Source of the DNA: a virus
Lineage: Duplodnaviria > Caudoviricetes
Length of the DNA stretch: 64,000 bases
Direction: 5' to 3' (one strand)
Virus record (IMG/VR): IMGVR_UViG_3300047469_000103
Coordinates: 160,001 to 224,000 of that record
Shown: positions 25,903 through 36,223 of the stretch, piece by piece
Numbering within the stretch: the stretch's first letter is position 1
Layout: each line of letters starts with the position of its first letter
Translations under genes and position numbers: made by a program
The notes under the pieces: model-generated
Databases searched by the model: none
Told to the model about the DNA's origin: nothing
Seen by the model: only the letters and a program-made list of their open reading frames with translations

Positions 25903-26618
25903 TAGCCGAGCATCCGTGGAAGTGTTGGGATCGCGCTTTGATTCATGTATTTACCGCCTCGTTCGGCATAGGAAGTATCGCATTCCTCATTGCCTTCCAA
26001 GAACAGAATCTGTGCGCAGCCTTCGCCCGCGTAAATCTTTGCAGGCATAGTTGTCGTGTTGCTGAATTCCAAAGTCAGCGAACCTTTCCAGTCCGGTTCT
26101 AGTGGCGTGACGTTTACAATCAGGCCGCAGCGGGCATACGTCGATTTGCCGATGCACAGAACCAAAACGTTTCGCGGAATGTGGAAGTTTTCCGGCGTGT
26201 TCGCCAGAGCAAAACTGTTCGGCGGCAGATACAGTGCTTCACCGTTTGGAATATCCTTTTCAACGAAATTGTCTTCGTTGAAATCTTTCGGATCGACACA
26301 CGAATTGTTGATGTTTGTGAACACCTTGAATTTGTTGCCGACACGAATGTCATAGCCGTAGGAACTGAGGCCATACGGAATGATTTTGCGATCACCGTCG
26401 TGCGTAACTTGCTTGGCAGAAAAAGGCGAGATAATCGGATCGTATTCATACGCCCGCAATTTCAAACCCATTTCTTCGTGCTGTGCGTCCGAGTACATCG
26501 ACCAGAACTTGCCGTCTTTTGAATCGGCCCAGCAGTTGAATTTGCCGTGGCGCATCCATGCAAATTGTGTGCGTGCGACTGCTTTGGAAGCAATCCACTT
26601 ATCTGACATGATGCTCAC
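25902..26618 (-). CDS. dcd: dCTP deaminase
   Basis: [37 protein letters not shown]...GGKYMNQ motifs. Confidence 0.93.
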   Translation of the reverse strand: MSIMSDKWIASKAVARTQFAWMRHGKFNCWADSKDGKFWSMYSDAQHEEMGLKLRAYEYDPIISPFSAKQVTHDGDRKIIPYGLSSYGYDIRVGNKFKVFTNINNSCVDPKDFNEDNFVEKDIPNGEALYLPPNSFALANTPENFHIPRNVLVLCIGKSTYARCGLIVNVTPLEPDWKGSLTLEFSNTTTMPAKIYAGEGCAQILFLEGNEECDTSYAERGGKYMNQSAIPTLPRMLG

Positions 26619-26938
26619 GAAAAGTTCTCCTTTTCTTCAGCAGTTGCCTCACGGATAATGTAATCGGCTTGCGCCTGCACCATCGCGTTTTCGATGTGTT
26701 CGGAATGCCAGCAAATGAACGTGCCATTCATTGTGGACATTACCATCGTGAAAGGTTCGAAAACTTGCGGTGCGAATTGCGGTGCGAATTTCCGAAGCAC
26801 TTCCAGCGCATGTTCGTTGAGATAGTTTTGATTACCATCACCGGCAATGTAATACATGCGGTCGTAAACGCGGCGCAGGCCCAGTGCCAGTTGCTGGATA
26901 ACGTAAGCTGGTGGCAGTTGCTTTTTACCTTCAGTCAT
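26615..26938 (-). CDS. Hypothetical protein
   Basis: Coupled ORF. Confidence 0.65.
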   Translation of the reverse strand: MTEGKKQLPPAYVIQQLALGLRRVYDRMYYIAGDGNQNYLNEHALEVLRKFAPQFAPQVFEPFTMVMSTMNGTFICWHSEHIENAMVQAQADYIIREATAEEKENFS

Positions 26939-26939
26939 T

Positions 26940-27326
26940 TTAATTCCCCCGTGTTCCTACAATTTGAGGCAAACCGTGGCCGCGCTCTTTACACAGACGC
27001 TCAGACAAACGATGCACAGTGAGACGGCCAGCCGAATCGAAAACTTCTTGCTTGTTTTCTTCGTTGTACCAGAATGCAAAGTTTCCGTTTTCGTCGTACA
27101 CAGCGAGGTACGGTTTCTCTTCGTATTTGTCGAGCAGATAAACGAGTTCTTCTGCGACGAATTCTTTGGTGATGGTCGGGTGCGTTTGACCGCCGACAAG
27201 ATAGAACGGATCGGCTGGCTTACGCTCTACGACTGCCTTCAGAGCGTTGTTAATATCCCGTACAAATTCATCACGCATTAATGCGTAAGCTTCTTTGTGC
27301 CGTTCGATCATGCCTTTGATAAACAT
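26940..27326 (-). CDS. Hypothetical protein
   Basis: Coupled ORF. Confidence 0.65.
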   Translation of the reverse strand: MFIKGMIERHKEAYALMRDEFVRDINNALKAVVERKPADPFYLVGGQTHPTITKEFVAEELVYLLDKYEEKPYLAVYDENGNFAFWYNEENKQEVFDSAGRLTVHRLSERLCKERGHGLPQIVGTRGN

Positions 27327-27508
27327 TATTCGCCCCTTACGTGAATGACTTCTAAACCTTTGTCTTCGAAGTCTTTAATGCGTGCGTCGTCATGTGTATA
27401 GACACAGGTAACATCGTCCGCGTGTTCAATCATGATGTAACGCAATTCCTTTACAGTTTTTTCAACTGCTTGCGGATCGCCTTTATTCTGGATGTATATT
27501 TCGATCAT
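27326..27508 (-). CDS. Hypothetical protein
   Basis: 60 aa, coupled. Confidence 0.6.
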   Translation of the reverse strand: MIEIYIQNKGDPQAVEKTVKELRYIMIEHADDVTCVYTHDDARIKDFEDKGLEVIHVRGE

Positions 27509-28773
27509 TGGAAGTTGCGACTGGTCTGATCTACGCCAGATGCAGAAGCATTAACCTTTGTTTTGGGTTGAGAAGAACCAGCCGGATTGCCCGCTTCAGA
27601 AAGGAACGGACGATACAGATAAAGGATTTCGGCGTACTTCTTACCGCCCTTAATCATGATCGTTTTCCCGCCGACAATGTAGCGACCGGCAACGTCGTTT
27701 GGTGCAGGCGTTCCAGAACCTTTTGCATCCGAACCTTGCTGGAAATCAATCGAGGTAAACGATTTAATATCTGTCGCGGAATCAGTGAGCGCAACGAGGC
27801 GTTCGCTAAACATGGAAAGCAAACGGACATTCTGGTAATACGCACGTTCGTAATGTTCGTGAATATTGTAACCGTCTTCAGGGCCGGTGCCGGGATCAAG
27901 TCCCGAATAACTCACACGTGCGCCACGCTCTTTTAACTGCGCCAGAATATCGGTGTTGATTGGAACGCCAGCAGCCGGAGCGCTAACATCCATCGTCTCA
28001 ATTGCCATCGCGCTTGTTTCATCTGCGAAAGCGTGACCGAACAGCTTGTGTCCGTAGTTTACAAAGTGCGTAAACAAACCGGAAACGCTCGTATCTTTTG
28101 CGGTACGAACATCAACGCTTGTGCCTGTAGCGCCTGCACCGTCTTTGTTGTGTACCAAAGTTTGTTTCGGCGTTTCTTTTAACAGGGCCATCAGGTCTTT
28201 ATAAACCAGTGTGCCGTCCATTCGCACGCAACGCGCCATGCAACTTGTATCGTCCACATATCCGCGCATTGCCAAGTCTTCAGAAAAACCTAAACGTGTC
28301 GTGTTTAAATTCATCCAAATTTGTGTATCGACAGTTGGTTTCGCCGGGCCTTCAAACAGCAGCGAGCTTCGTTCGGCCATCTGTTGCATAACGTTTGCGC
28401 TGGTGCCTTCGAAGGATTCAGCGTAAGAACCTGCACCGAATTTCGGAGCATCGTAAATGCAGACAACATGCAGAACTTTACCGCTTGCGTTTCGTGGTCG
28501 TGTCCAACCGAATACACGGAATTTATATTCCGGTGCGGTTTCAGCAGTCTTGCCGAGACGCAGCGAAATCAGTGTGCCGTTTTTCAAATTCAAATCACGC
28601 GACAAAGTTTCGTTTTCGTCACGCAGACTCAATTTCATAGCAGGTAGGCCCATACCAAACCCTTCCATGATCCAAATATTTTCGACCATGTTACCGGAAG
28701 GGGGCATAGGACTACCCGCAACATCGAGCGTGCAAAAAGCCATGCCTTCGATGTTGAGGGTAGCTTGTGCCAT
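27505..28773 (-). CDS. Putative baseplate hub protein (gp27/late-control-D-like)
   Basis: Size, position after tail lysin and wedge-like genes, beta-rich pattern. Confidence 0.55.
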   Translation of the reverse strand: MAQATLNIEGMAFCTLDVAGSPMPPSGNMVENIWIMEGFGMGLPAMKLSLRDENETLSRDLNLKNGTLISLRLGKTAETAPEYKFRVFGWTRPRNASGKVLHVVCIYDAPKFGAGSYAESFEGTSANVMQQMAERSSLLFEGPAKPTVDTQIWMNLNTTRLGFSEDLAMRGYVDDTSCMARCVRMDGTLVYKDLMALLKETPKQTLVHNKDGAGATGTSVDVRTAKDTSVSGLFTHFVNYGHKLFGHAFADETSAMAIETMDVSAPAAGVPINTDILAQLKERGARVSYSGLDPGTGPEDGYNIHEHYERAYYQNVRLLSMFSERLVALTDSATDIKSFTSIDFQQGSDAKGSGTPAPNDVAGRYIVGGKTIMIKGGKKYAEILYLYRPFLSEAGNPAGSSQPKTKVNASASGVDQTSRNFQ

Positions 28774-28786
28774 AAATGCCTCTTAA

Positions 28787-29125
28787 TTAAATGGTGACGA
28801 TACTTGATTCCGAACTACTGGCTTTCGCCCGTTGCAGTCGCGTAGTCATTTCGTTCACGTTTGGAATTTTGATTCGCATTCCCTGTGTGATTTCCCAAAT
28901 GTCGTCAAGGCCGTTGTAGACCATGATTGCGCGCCACCACTTAATGTTGCGGTACGCATTAAAGGAAATCAAACCGGGGTTGAATTGTTCCATAGCATTT
29001 ACAGTATAAGGCGTATAGGATTCAACGCCTTCAATTGCCTCGTAGGAAACATCAAGCAGCGGATCAATTCCGTAAGAATCAACCCGTACAAATTCCCGTT
29101 GGTTGTAAAGCATAGACCACCTCAA
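28787..29125 (-). CDS. Putative baseplate wedge / LysM-like (gp53-like) protein
   Basis: PGLISFNAYRNIKWWRAIMVYNGLDDIWEITQGMRIKIP pattern. Confidence 0.65.
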   Translation of the reverse strand: MRWSMLYNQREFVRVDSYGIDPLLDVSYEAIEGVESYTPYTVNAMEQFNPGLISFNAYRNIKWWRAIMVYNGLDDIWEITQGMRIKIPNVNEMTTRLQRAKASSSESSIVTI

Positions 29126-29862
29126 ATAACTGCAAAGAATTTATCCAAGTCTTCTTTGGTCGTTGTCCAGTACGCTTCAAACGTCACGTTAATCGTTGCA
29201 GCAATCGGATTACCGACAGCATCAAACTGCGAATCAAACGTACAATCCACACTGTTGATAATGCACGGAGAAAAACGAAAGAAACGACCGACGTTCAACG
29301 TGATTTCATCGCCGCCTAATTGCACAGCGTTTGTAAAATCACCCGGTAGCAAACTGGTGACGCCTTGCGTATTCAGGTTAGGGCCGGGGGCGACCAGCAT
29401 GCCCCCAATGCCTTCACTTGGCGCAACCAATTGCAAAAGCTTTTTCATTTTGTCGGTTACTTCCAAATACGCATCGTCATACGCAACGATGGCAAAAGGA
29501 ATTGTGAGAATCAACGTAGAACCCGACGACCAAACAGCACCGCTCAAATATTTGTTGATCGACGTGATACCGGTTGTCGCACGTGAGATATTTTCCGCGT
29601 ACTGCGCGCCCTGTCCTTCACCGGTTTTTTCACCGGCAGTTTCAGACAACGGCTGCGCAAATGGGCGGTCATAACTGGAGGTCAAATGGAGGCCGAAGTT
29701 TTCAGGCAACGGCGTATCCATGTTAATAATCAATTCACCGTGCCGACGCACCTCAAGCTGTGCCGTATAAATACTGGCAATATCCGGTTTAGCTTTTGCG
29801 GAACCAGACGGAACGGTTACGTTGAAAATTGAAGCAACTGCTGCGCCAAATGATGTAGACAT
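29122..29862 (-). CDS. Putative baseplate / tube-initiator protein
   Basis: Synteny; PCIINSVDCTFD...PIAATINVTF pattern. Confidence 0.5.
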   Translation of the reverse strand: MSTSFGAAVASIFNVTVPSGSAKAKPDIASIYTAQLEVRRHGELIINMDTPLPENFGLHLTSSYDRPFAQPLSETAGEKTGEGQGAQYAENISRATTGITSINKYLSGAVWSSGSTLILTIPFAIVAYDDAYLEVTDKMKKLLQLVAPSEGIGGMLVAPGPNLNTQGVTSLLPGDFTNAVQLGGDEITLNVGRFFRFSPCIINSVDCTFDSQFDAVGNPIAATINVTFEAYWTTTKEDLDKFFAVI

Positions 29863-32800
29863 TAAACATACCCTGAGTTGATAAATAAAAGCCCGAGGTC
29901 GTCAATCATTGCGGGCACATCGTCGAGTTGCGGCATGTCGTTTTTATCACCGGCTTTTCCACCGCCACCGCCACCACCGCCACCACTAGGCGCGGCACCG
30001 CCACCAGAAGGCGCAGTATCACCGCCGCTAACCATTGCAACTTTTTGCACACCGTCAAAAGAATTTCTTTCGGCAGGTGCAGCAACTGGTGTCGAAGTTA
30101 CAGCAGACATTGCAGTTGCAGGCGTTGCGGCGCTGCTAGTTTGGATTGGCGTTTCGTTTGCGTAATACGACGATGATGCAGGCGATTCGACAGGCGCTTT
30201 ACTTCCGAACATTTCCGCTGTCGATTGCATAAATCCACCGGTCGGCGTTGCTTTCATTCCCGGCGGTAAACCCGACTGTGAACCCATTACTTTTGGATGG
30301 TCTGTATTGCTGTACGTTGTTACGCCTTTTTCCGAAGGCCCACCGCCACCGAAGAAACCGGTTGCAGCATCAGCAACACCATTCACGATATTTCCGAACG
30401 ATGGCAAACCAGATGCGAGACGTGGAATATTCGGAATCGGCAAGGCACGACCGAGTTCCCGCATGTACGGGTTTTTACCGAATATTTTGTTTTTCAAACC
30501 ACCGGTTGCAGCGTCAACTTTACGCAGAGCTTTATCAACACCCGGCGCCATCGTACCGAACGAACCAATGCCTTCGATTTGTCCGATGCGTGTAATTGCA
30601 CCAGTAATTTTCCGTGTTGTTGCACTTTGCACAGGTTTTGCACTGCGACCGTAACCACCACCGCCACCCGGCGCAGGCGCTGTAGTGCCGCCACCATTTC
30701 CGAGAGCGCGCATTTTATCAGCACGTGCTTTCCAGTCAGTTCCCGATGCAGGCGCACCGCTTTTTAATTGTTGCTCATAAGCGGCTTGTTGTTCTGGTGT
30801 ACGCGTTACGGCTTTATCGCCCATCACGTCAACAGTTGCAGGAACATTTCCTTTTTCAACGCTGAAATCTTTGCTTTCGGTTTTCGTTGCATCCGCAGCG
30901 GCTTTATCATTTGCAGCAACAGCCGTAGCCACAGCAGCCGTCGCCACCGCTTCGTTTGCGGCTTCTTTTGCACCTAAAGCATTACCGGTTGCTTGCGTGG
31001 CTTTACTTTCCGATTCAGGTTTTGCAATGCCTGTACCGTCGCCAGTTGTGCCTTGCGATGGAATTGCACCTTTCGTATTTTCTTCAGCAGATTTTACTGT
31101 AACTTCTGCTGCTTTATCCATTTCTTTTGCAGCCGCAGCTTGCATCAGTTGTGGACTTTGACCACCGGAAGAAACTTCAGTACCGCCACCGCCGCCACCT
31201 TTACCACCGCCAGCACCAATTAATTCTACGTGCCAAGGTTCATTGGAAAGTGGACGGTGAAAACCATACTTTTTAAACATCCCGGTAGTTTCAAGGGACT
31301 GTGCAGATTTGCGGTCAATGTCGATTGCGAAACCGGATTCGTGACGCGACGTGCCGGGACGTGCAACACGTTTTGTATCGCGACCGTATTTAACCCACAA
31401 TTGTTCCTGTTCCATTCTGGTACGGAAAGCAGACGCAACGTTAACAACCGTGCCGCCCTGATTCGTTACCCAATCACCGACCATCGTGTACCATGCTTGT
31501 TTAAACTTTTGATTTAAACCAGCCAAGTTTACGTCGGAACCATTTGGAATTGTTGCTTTTTGTCCGGCTGCGTAAAATGCACCGTCAGCAGGGGAAAGCA
31601 TACCAGCCGCAGTACCGCCGCCAGCTTCGTCACCGCCCGCGCCACCAGTACCACCACCGCTGCCACCTTGCGGCATTGCCATAATTCCGACAGTGCCATT
31701 TGATGCACCACCACCGCCAGAACCACCAGAAGTTTTGCCGCCATATTCACCAATCATTTTCTGCGAATATTGCGCACCGATTCCCGAACCATCTTTTGCA
31801 GCAGAACCGGGGCCAGCTTTTTCTTCGTTAAGCATTGCCAGTGCGGCAGCTTTTTCTGTACCGGCGCGACGATAAATGCTGTCTTTTGTTTTCGAATCAC
31901 TGGAACGGAAACGCTCACTGACTGTAGCTGCGCGAGTATCTTGCAGACGCGAAATAACGTCGGCATCGTCCATGCCTGCTACGTCACGATTTCCCAACGC
32001 ATCAGCAATAACACGCTTACCGGTGCTAGGGCCGTACTGTGTACCGATGGAATAAACAACTTCTTTCAAAGCACGCGAGCGTTTTTCCAAATCAACATCG
32101 TATTGTTCGGTAAACCACGATGCAACAGGATCGTAATTCTGCTTTTTGTTATACGCGCCTTGGGCTTTTTCCATGCCTTCGCCGTCGCGCTTTGTAACTT
32201 CGGTGTACTTGTCGTTGAATTCTTTGGAACCGGCTTTCAGACCACGGAAATCATTGTAGTATTTCTGACCTTCTTCCGAGCGCAGAAAGTTAGTCATGCT
32301 TCCGTTATTGGTGGCGAGTTGGTGCTTGCCGTAACTCACACCGCCATTATCACCTTTACCCGTGGAAATTGTACCTACGCCTCTTCCACCAGATTCGAAC
32401 GCAGCAGAAATAGAACCTAAATCCCCGCCGCGTGCTTTCTTACCAATTTCCTGACCTTCGACTTTTGTGCTGGCAGTCATTCGGTCTAGAACTTGATCGC
32501 CCGGATCATCACTACGGAATCTGTCGCTAAGCCAATCTTTACCCGATTGATAACCGTGTGAAATTGTACCGGCTTTTTTCCGGTCGTAATCGAAGTTATC
32601 CGAAGCAGCTTCGATTACTTTGCCGCCGTAAAATGCTGTAGCCAACGCGAGCAATGGGCCGATTGCACCAGCACCCATAAGGCGCCCGCCCATACCGCCG
32701 AGTCTGCCACCTAGACCACCAATCTTTTGCATCTTTGGCGAGCCGAATTTCTTCGGCATTTTACGTTCCATTTTCTCGAAACGTCCGCGTGAATCACGGG

Positions 32801-33389
32801 GCATCTTTTTCGCACGATTACGGCGAGACTCCCGCAGTTCATCGGTGATTGCATTTCGACGGGCTTTCTTATCGTCAACGCGAGAGAATTCACCTTCGTA
32901 GGTATTCCCACCGCCGTTGAAATCCTGTGTTTTAGGAACAGGTTTCGATGCTTCTTTTTTCAGATATTCAGCCAGACGTTTTACAACATCGCTGACTTCC
33001 GAAGTCGCACGAATTTGATCTTGCATCAAACCGGTTTGCTGCGCGAGCATACCCGATTGTTTTTGTGTAGCAATTGCCTGAGTTTTCAGGACTTGCGTTT
33101 GCCCGTCGATAGCTTCGCCGGTACGCCCATCGTGTTCGGTTTTAAGCGAAGTTTTATCCGGGGCGTTGCGTCCGTCTTTACCGCCAACTTGCGAAACGTT
33201 GTTGCGATATTCCGGTTGTTGCTTTCTTTGTTTACCAGCAGTAAAACGAACTTCGTCATCCTGCTTTACGTGCGCGTGTTGCATCAGCTTCGGAGGGGAA
33301 ACATCACGAAAAGGCCGACGTTCTGGTTTCTCAGATTTCGGCTCGTACTGACCAACAATAGCGTCTAATTTTTCATGCGCCGCCATCAC
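29862..33389 (-). CDS. Tail-associated lysin / tape-measure-like protein with muramidase and M15 peptidase domains
   Basis: SAAFESGGRG...GDNGGVSYGKHQL; SAFRT...ARPGTSRHESGFAIDID...EPWHVE; Gly-rich linkers. Confidence 0.8.
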   Translation of the reverse strand: MMAAHEKLDAIVGQYEPKSEKPERRPFRDVSPPKLMQHAHVKQDDEVRFTAGKQRKQQPEYRNNVSQVGGKDGRNAPDKTSLKTEHDGRTGEAIDGQTQVLKTQAIATQKQSGMLAQQTGLMQDQIRATSEVSDVVKRLAEYLKKEASKPVPKTQDFNGGGNTYEGEFSRVDDKKARRNAITDELRESRRNRAKKMPRDSRGRFEKMERKMPKKFGSPKMQKIGGLGGRLGGMGGRLMGAGAIGPLLALATAFYGGKVIEAASDNFDYDRKKAGTISHGYQSGKDWLSDRFRSDDPGDQVLDRMTASTKVEGQEIGKKARGGDLGSISAAFESGGRGVGTISTGKGDNGGVSYGKHQLATNNGSMTNFLRSEEGQKYYNDFRGLKAGSKEFNDKYTEVTKRDGEGMEKAQGAYNKKQNYDPVASWFTEQYDVDLEKRSRALKEVVYSIGTQYGPSTGKRVIADALGNRDVAGMDDADVISRLQDTRAATVSERFRSSDSKTKDSIYRRAGTEKAAALAMLNEEKAGPGSAAKDGSGIGAQYSQKMIGEYGGKTSGGSGGGGASNGTVGIMAMPQGGSGGGTGGAGGDEAGGGTAAGMLSPADGAFYAAGQKATIPNGSDVNLAGLNQKFKQAWYTMVGDWVTNQGGTVVNVASAFRTRMEQEQLWVKYGRDTKRVARPGTSRHESGFAIDIDRKSAQSLETTGMFKKYGFHRPLSNEPWHVELIGAGGGKGGGGGGTEVSSGGQSPQLMQAAAAKEMDKAAEVTVKSAEENTKGAIPSQGTTGDGTGIAKPESESKATQATGNALGAKEAANEAVATAAVATAVAANDKAAADATKTESKDFSVEKGNVPATVDVMGDKAVTRTPEQQAAYEQQLKSGAPASGTDWKARADKMRALGNGGGTTAPAPGGGGGYGRSAKPVQSATTRKITGAITRIGQIEGIGSFGTMAPGVDKALRKVDAATGGLKNKIFGKNPYMRELGRALPIPNIPRLASGLPSFGNIVNGVADAATGFFGGGGPSEKGVTTYSNTDHPKVMGSQSGLPPGMKATPTGGFMQSTAEMFGSKAPVESPASSSYYANETPIQTSSAATPATAMSAVTSTPVAAPAERNSFDGVQKVAMVSGGDTAPSGGGAAPSGGGGGGGGGKAGDKNDMPQLDDVPAMIDDLGLLFINSGYV

Positions 33390-34339
33390 TTAAATCCTCT
33401 GCGTGTGCCCATCGTCCGGCCCGCCGCTGCTTTCGCTTTCTGTTCTGCTTCACGACGATCAGCCGCTAGGGTCGAGTGGTGATAGAGGAACATTCGCACA
33501 GGCAATTTCATATCAGGGCTTGCCCCGAATTGCGACATTAGGTTGTAGCACATGTTATAAATATCTTTGTCCGTATTGTCCGCGAAGAACGTTAACAAAC
33601 TCGGATTTGATTCGTGTGATTTTACGTGGTTGCACTGGCCGCAACGCAGCTTCACAACTTCTGTGATGCCGTGGAAATACTTCTTCATATGGCGTTCAAT
33701 TTCTTCGAACAATTTCATGTCCGGTTGCGCCAACAGATACGCCAGTTTCGCTTTGTACGTTGTGCCACGCTTTACCCAACGCGCAACACTGCCCACATAT
33801 TTCATGCGGGGATCATCGTCTACGTGTTCGTAATAATCGGTAAGAGTTTGTACGCGTGCGAAATCAATTTCTGGATGTTGAATAACGAGGTCGTCGTCTT
33901 CCAGTGTGTGGATTTTTACCTGAGTGTTTTTAACCAATTCAGATTGCACGTGTCCGCACGGTTGTAACCAGAAGCCACGTTTTGCCGCAGTCTTCGCAGT
34001 CACATCAAAACCGATTTTATTGTTTTCGTTTACATAAACCGGATTGTGGCAGGTGTATCGCGCCTGCACAGGGAATTCAGGAAACGAACTACGGCGCAGC
34101 CAAGCCATGATGTAACAGAAATCGCCATCGGTTAGCTGATTGATATCGACACTACTCGCCAATTGCACCGCACGAATAATGTGCTGGTGCGGGCGCGTTT
34201 TAGAAGTCATGCCGTGGTGCAACAAAGGCAATTCTTCCAGAATAAACTGACGCATAAAAATGCGATCAAAGTCATATGTGACGCCGCCCGTAGGCAGGTC
34301 GCCAATATCCATATAACGAGCGTCGAGTTCGTAATTCAT
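33386..34339 (-). CDS. Putative baseplate hub assembly / tail chaperone (gp26-like)
   Basis: DLPTGG, LTDGDF..I..WLR..S, CxxC; paralog of 34350-35129. Confidence 0.55.
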   Translation of the reverse strand: MNYELDARYMDIGDLPTGGVTYDFDRIFMRQFILEELPLLHHGMTSKTRPHQHIIRAVQLASSVDINQLTDGDFCYIMAWLRRSSFPEFPVQARYTCHNPVYVNENNKIGFDVTAKTAAKRGFWLQPCGHVQSELVKNTQVKIHTLEDDDLVIQHPEIDFARVQTLTDYYEHVDDDPRMKYVGSVARWVKRGTTYKAKLAYLLAQPDMKLFEEIERHMKKYFHGITEVVKLRCGQCNHVKSHESNPSLLTFFADNTDKDIYNMCYNLMSQFGASPDMKLPVRMFLYHHSTLAADRREAEQKAKAAAGRTMGTRRGFK

Positions 34340-34349
34340 TTCCAGCCCC

Positions 34350-35129
34350 TTAGATAAAGAAAGAGTGCGCGTCAATTGTCACGTCGAACGGATGTTCAAG
34401 GCCGCAGCGTACACAGGTTTTATTTACCCGTTGAATTACGCCGTGGTCATACGTGAAATGTGCGCGTGAAGCTTTGTCGAACAAATCCATATCGGTGCTT
34501 TCCAGTGCGCCGTTCAATTTCTCGTGCAGAGTACGACCGGCACGGATATAGCGGACTGGCCCGATGATTTTCTTGTTGCGCTTTTCCTGACCGAGTTCAA
34601 GGTATTCCACCAGATGCGCAACACGTGGATAATCCAACAGCGGATCAATCGGTGTTTCATCCATTTGTTTTACGGTGAAATCTTCGAACACAACATCCTG
34701 TTTGTTGTACTGGTCACAATCCATTTCTACCAGTTCGATTTTGCGTGGGTCTTCCATGTGTTGCTCAGCTTCAGTGCCTTGCGCGGCATCCCACTGCGCC
34801 CACATATTGTCGATATCTTCCATCGTCAAAATGGCGCCGTTATCTTTCCGCTCAAAAACAATTCCGCCGCAATCCCATTCAGCAAAGATTGGCAGGTCAC
34901 GCGAGTTGAAACGCAGCCATGTCAGGATGTAATAAAAATCACCATCCGTTAATTGCTTTACATCGAAGTCCATAACTTGCCCGACCGCTTCGATCAGTGG
35001 CGCGCTGTTCTCCATGAAAATTGCTTCGGAAATAAACGGCAAATGTTTGGGACGAAACGGCGAAACCTCAATGGATTTAACAGCATAAGGAATCCCGCGA
35101 GACGGCAAGTTAGAACTATCGAATTTCAT
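34350..35129 (-). CDS. Putative baseplate hub assembly / tail chaperone (gp26-like)
   Basis: LPSRG, LTDGDFYYILTWLRFNS, CVRC. Confidence 0.6.
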   Translation of the reverse strand: MKFDSSNLPSRGIPYAVKSIEVSPFRPKHLPFISEAIFMENSAPLIEAVGQVMDFDVKQLTDGDFYYILTWLRFNSRDLPIFAEWDCGGIVFERKDNGAILTMEDIDNMWAQWDAAQGTEAEQHMEDPRKIELVEMDCDQYNKQDVVFEDFTVKQMDETPIDPLLDYPRVAHLVEYLELGQEKRNKKIIGPVRYIRAGRTLHEKLNGALESTDMDLFDKASRAHFTYDHGVIQRVNKTCVRCGLEHPFDVTIDAHSFFI

Positions 35130-35629
35130 GAAAATCTCACCCTATCTAAAGCAAAGTTTTGTTGAACCTTCAGCGCTTGTCCGCCTGCGTTTGTCAGGTC
35201 GATTGGAGAAGTCGTTGTAGGCCACGTGCCTTCCAGCGTTACAGTCATGATCGGCGTGTCTGTCGTGGTTCCGTCAGTTAACGCAAATCGCATATCTCGT
35301 TTGTATTTTCCCGGCAGTGAATACGCGCCCGTTTCCGGGTCAACGATTCGGTCTTGCCACTCTTTCACCCAATGGTGACTGCGCATTCTTACGTCTTCAT
35401 AAAACGTAATGTCGAATGCACTCAGTTCCATAAAACCCGGATATTGTTCAAATCGTCCGGCCATGAAAAGTGGTTTCATGTTAATCGACGGAAACGGTAG
35501 GCTCACAGTTTCCACATAATCAGGATCGCCGTCGAAAGGTAGCTCGATGCAGTACCAATAAAAGTCCAGCATTGGCGACCTATCACCACTACGTCGCGCC
35601 ACGAATTCGTCAAATGTCAGGATCGGCAT
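35126..35629 (-). CDS. Tail tube-like protein 2
   Basis: gp19-like pattern (SLP...ITFYED...W...WPT); start refined to MPILTF. Confidence 0.6.
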   Translation of the reverse strand: MPILTFDEFVARRSGDRSPMLDFYWYCIELPFDGDPDYVETVSLPFPSINMKPLFMAGRFEQYPGFMELSAFDITFYEDVRMRSHHWVKEWQDRIVDPETGAYSLPGKYKRDMRFALTDGTTTDTPIMTVTLEGTWPTTTSPIDLTNAGGQALKVQQNFALDRVRFS

Positions 35630-35650
35630 ATTATTTATCTCGTACAAGCG

Positions 35651-35684
35651 AAAAAAGCCCGATGCAAAAATATGCACCGAGCTT
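35651..35684 (-). terminator. Intrinsic terminator
   Basis: Stem-loop plus T6 after the tube gene. Confidence 0.55.
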
Positions 35685-35697
35685 ATTTCATTTCAGC

Positions 35698-36204
35698 TTA
35701 AATACGCTCAACGTAGCCGTAGGCAAACTGTGCGTCTTGACGCAGCGCTTGACCGCCCGCACCTTCGAATTGGTATTCGGAGATTTCGGTAGGGAACATT
35801 CGGTGAATATTCCACGCAGCAGCTTCGGCACCGGTCTGATCGTAAATGGTAAGAATTGCAGTACGCATGTACGAATCGGAGAAACCACCGGTTTGCGTTT
35901 GAGTTGCACGACCGACAGCCGCCCAGTCTTTGAGGGACTGGTAAGTACGGGCGTCGTAAATTTCGTGCAGTGCAACGGTCATTGTGTGGCTGAAAGTTTT
36001 ACGGGCCGCGTAAATCAGTTTGTGGCCGAAAAGTTCAACCTCTACGGTTTGCAGAGTAGCGCCGGGGAGCGAAGCACCCAAGCACTGAATACGCATTTGA
36101 CGACCATCACCGCCACCCGGAATATCGTTGAAAACAATGTCGAAGTTATCGTTCAACATTGGATCGGGTAGGCTGTACGTTTCGTCCAACGTTACTTTAG
36201 GCAT
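35698..36204 (-). CDS. Tail tube protein
   Basis: Follows sheath; gp19-like SLPG...W...YD..G...W...FPT. Confidence 0.8.
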   Translation of the reverse strand: MPKVTLDETYSLPDPMLNDNFDIVFNDIPGGGDGRQMRIQCLGASLPGATLQTVEVELFGHKLIYAARKTFSHTMTVALHEIYDARTYQSLKDWAAVGRATQTQTGGFSDSYMRTAILTIYDQTGAEAAAWNIHRMFPTEISEYQFEGAGGQALRQDAQFAYGYVERI

Positions 36205-36223
36205 AAATCACCTCAGTTGGAAT

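Noticed and set aside
33386-35129. Lambda G/GT-type frameshift in the tail chaperone-like pair
   Set aside because: No XXXYYYZ site found at the end of 34350-35129, and the next gene has its own ATG.
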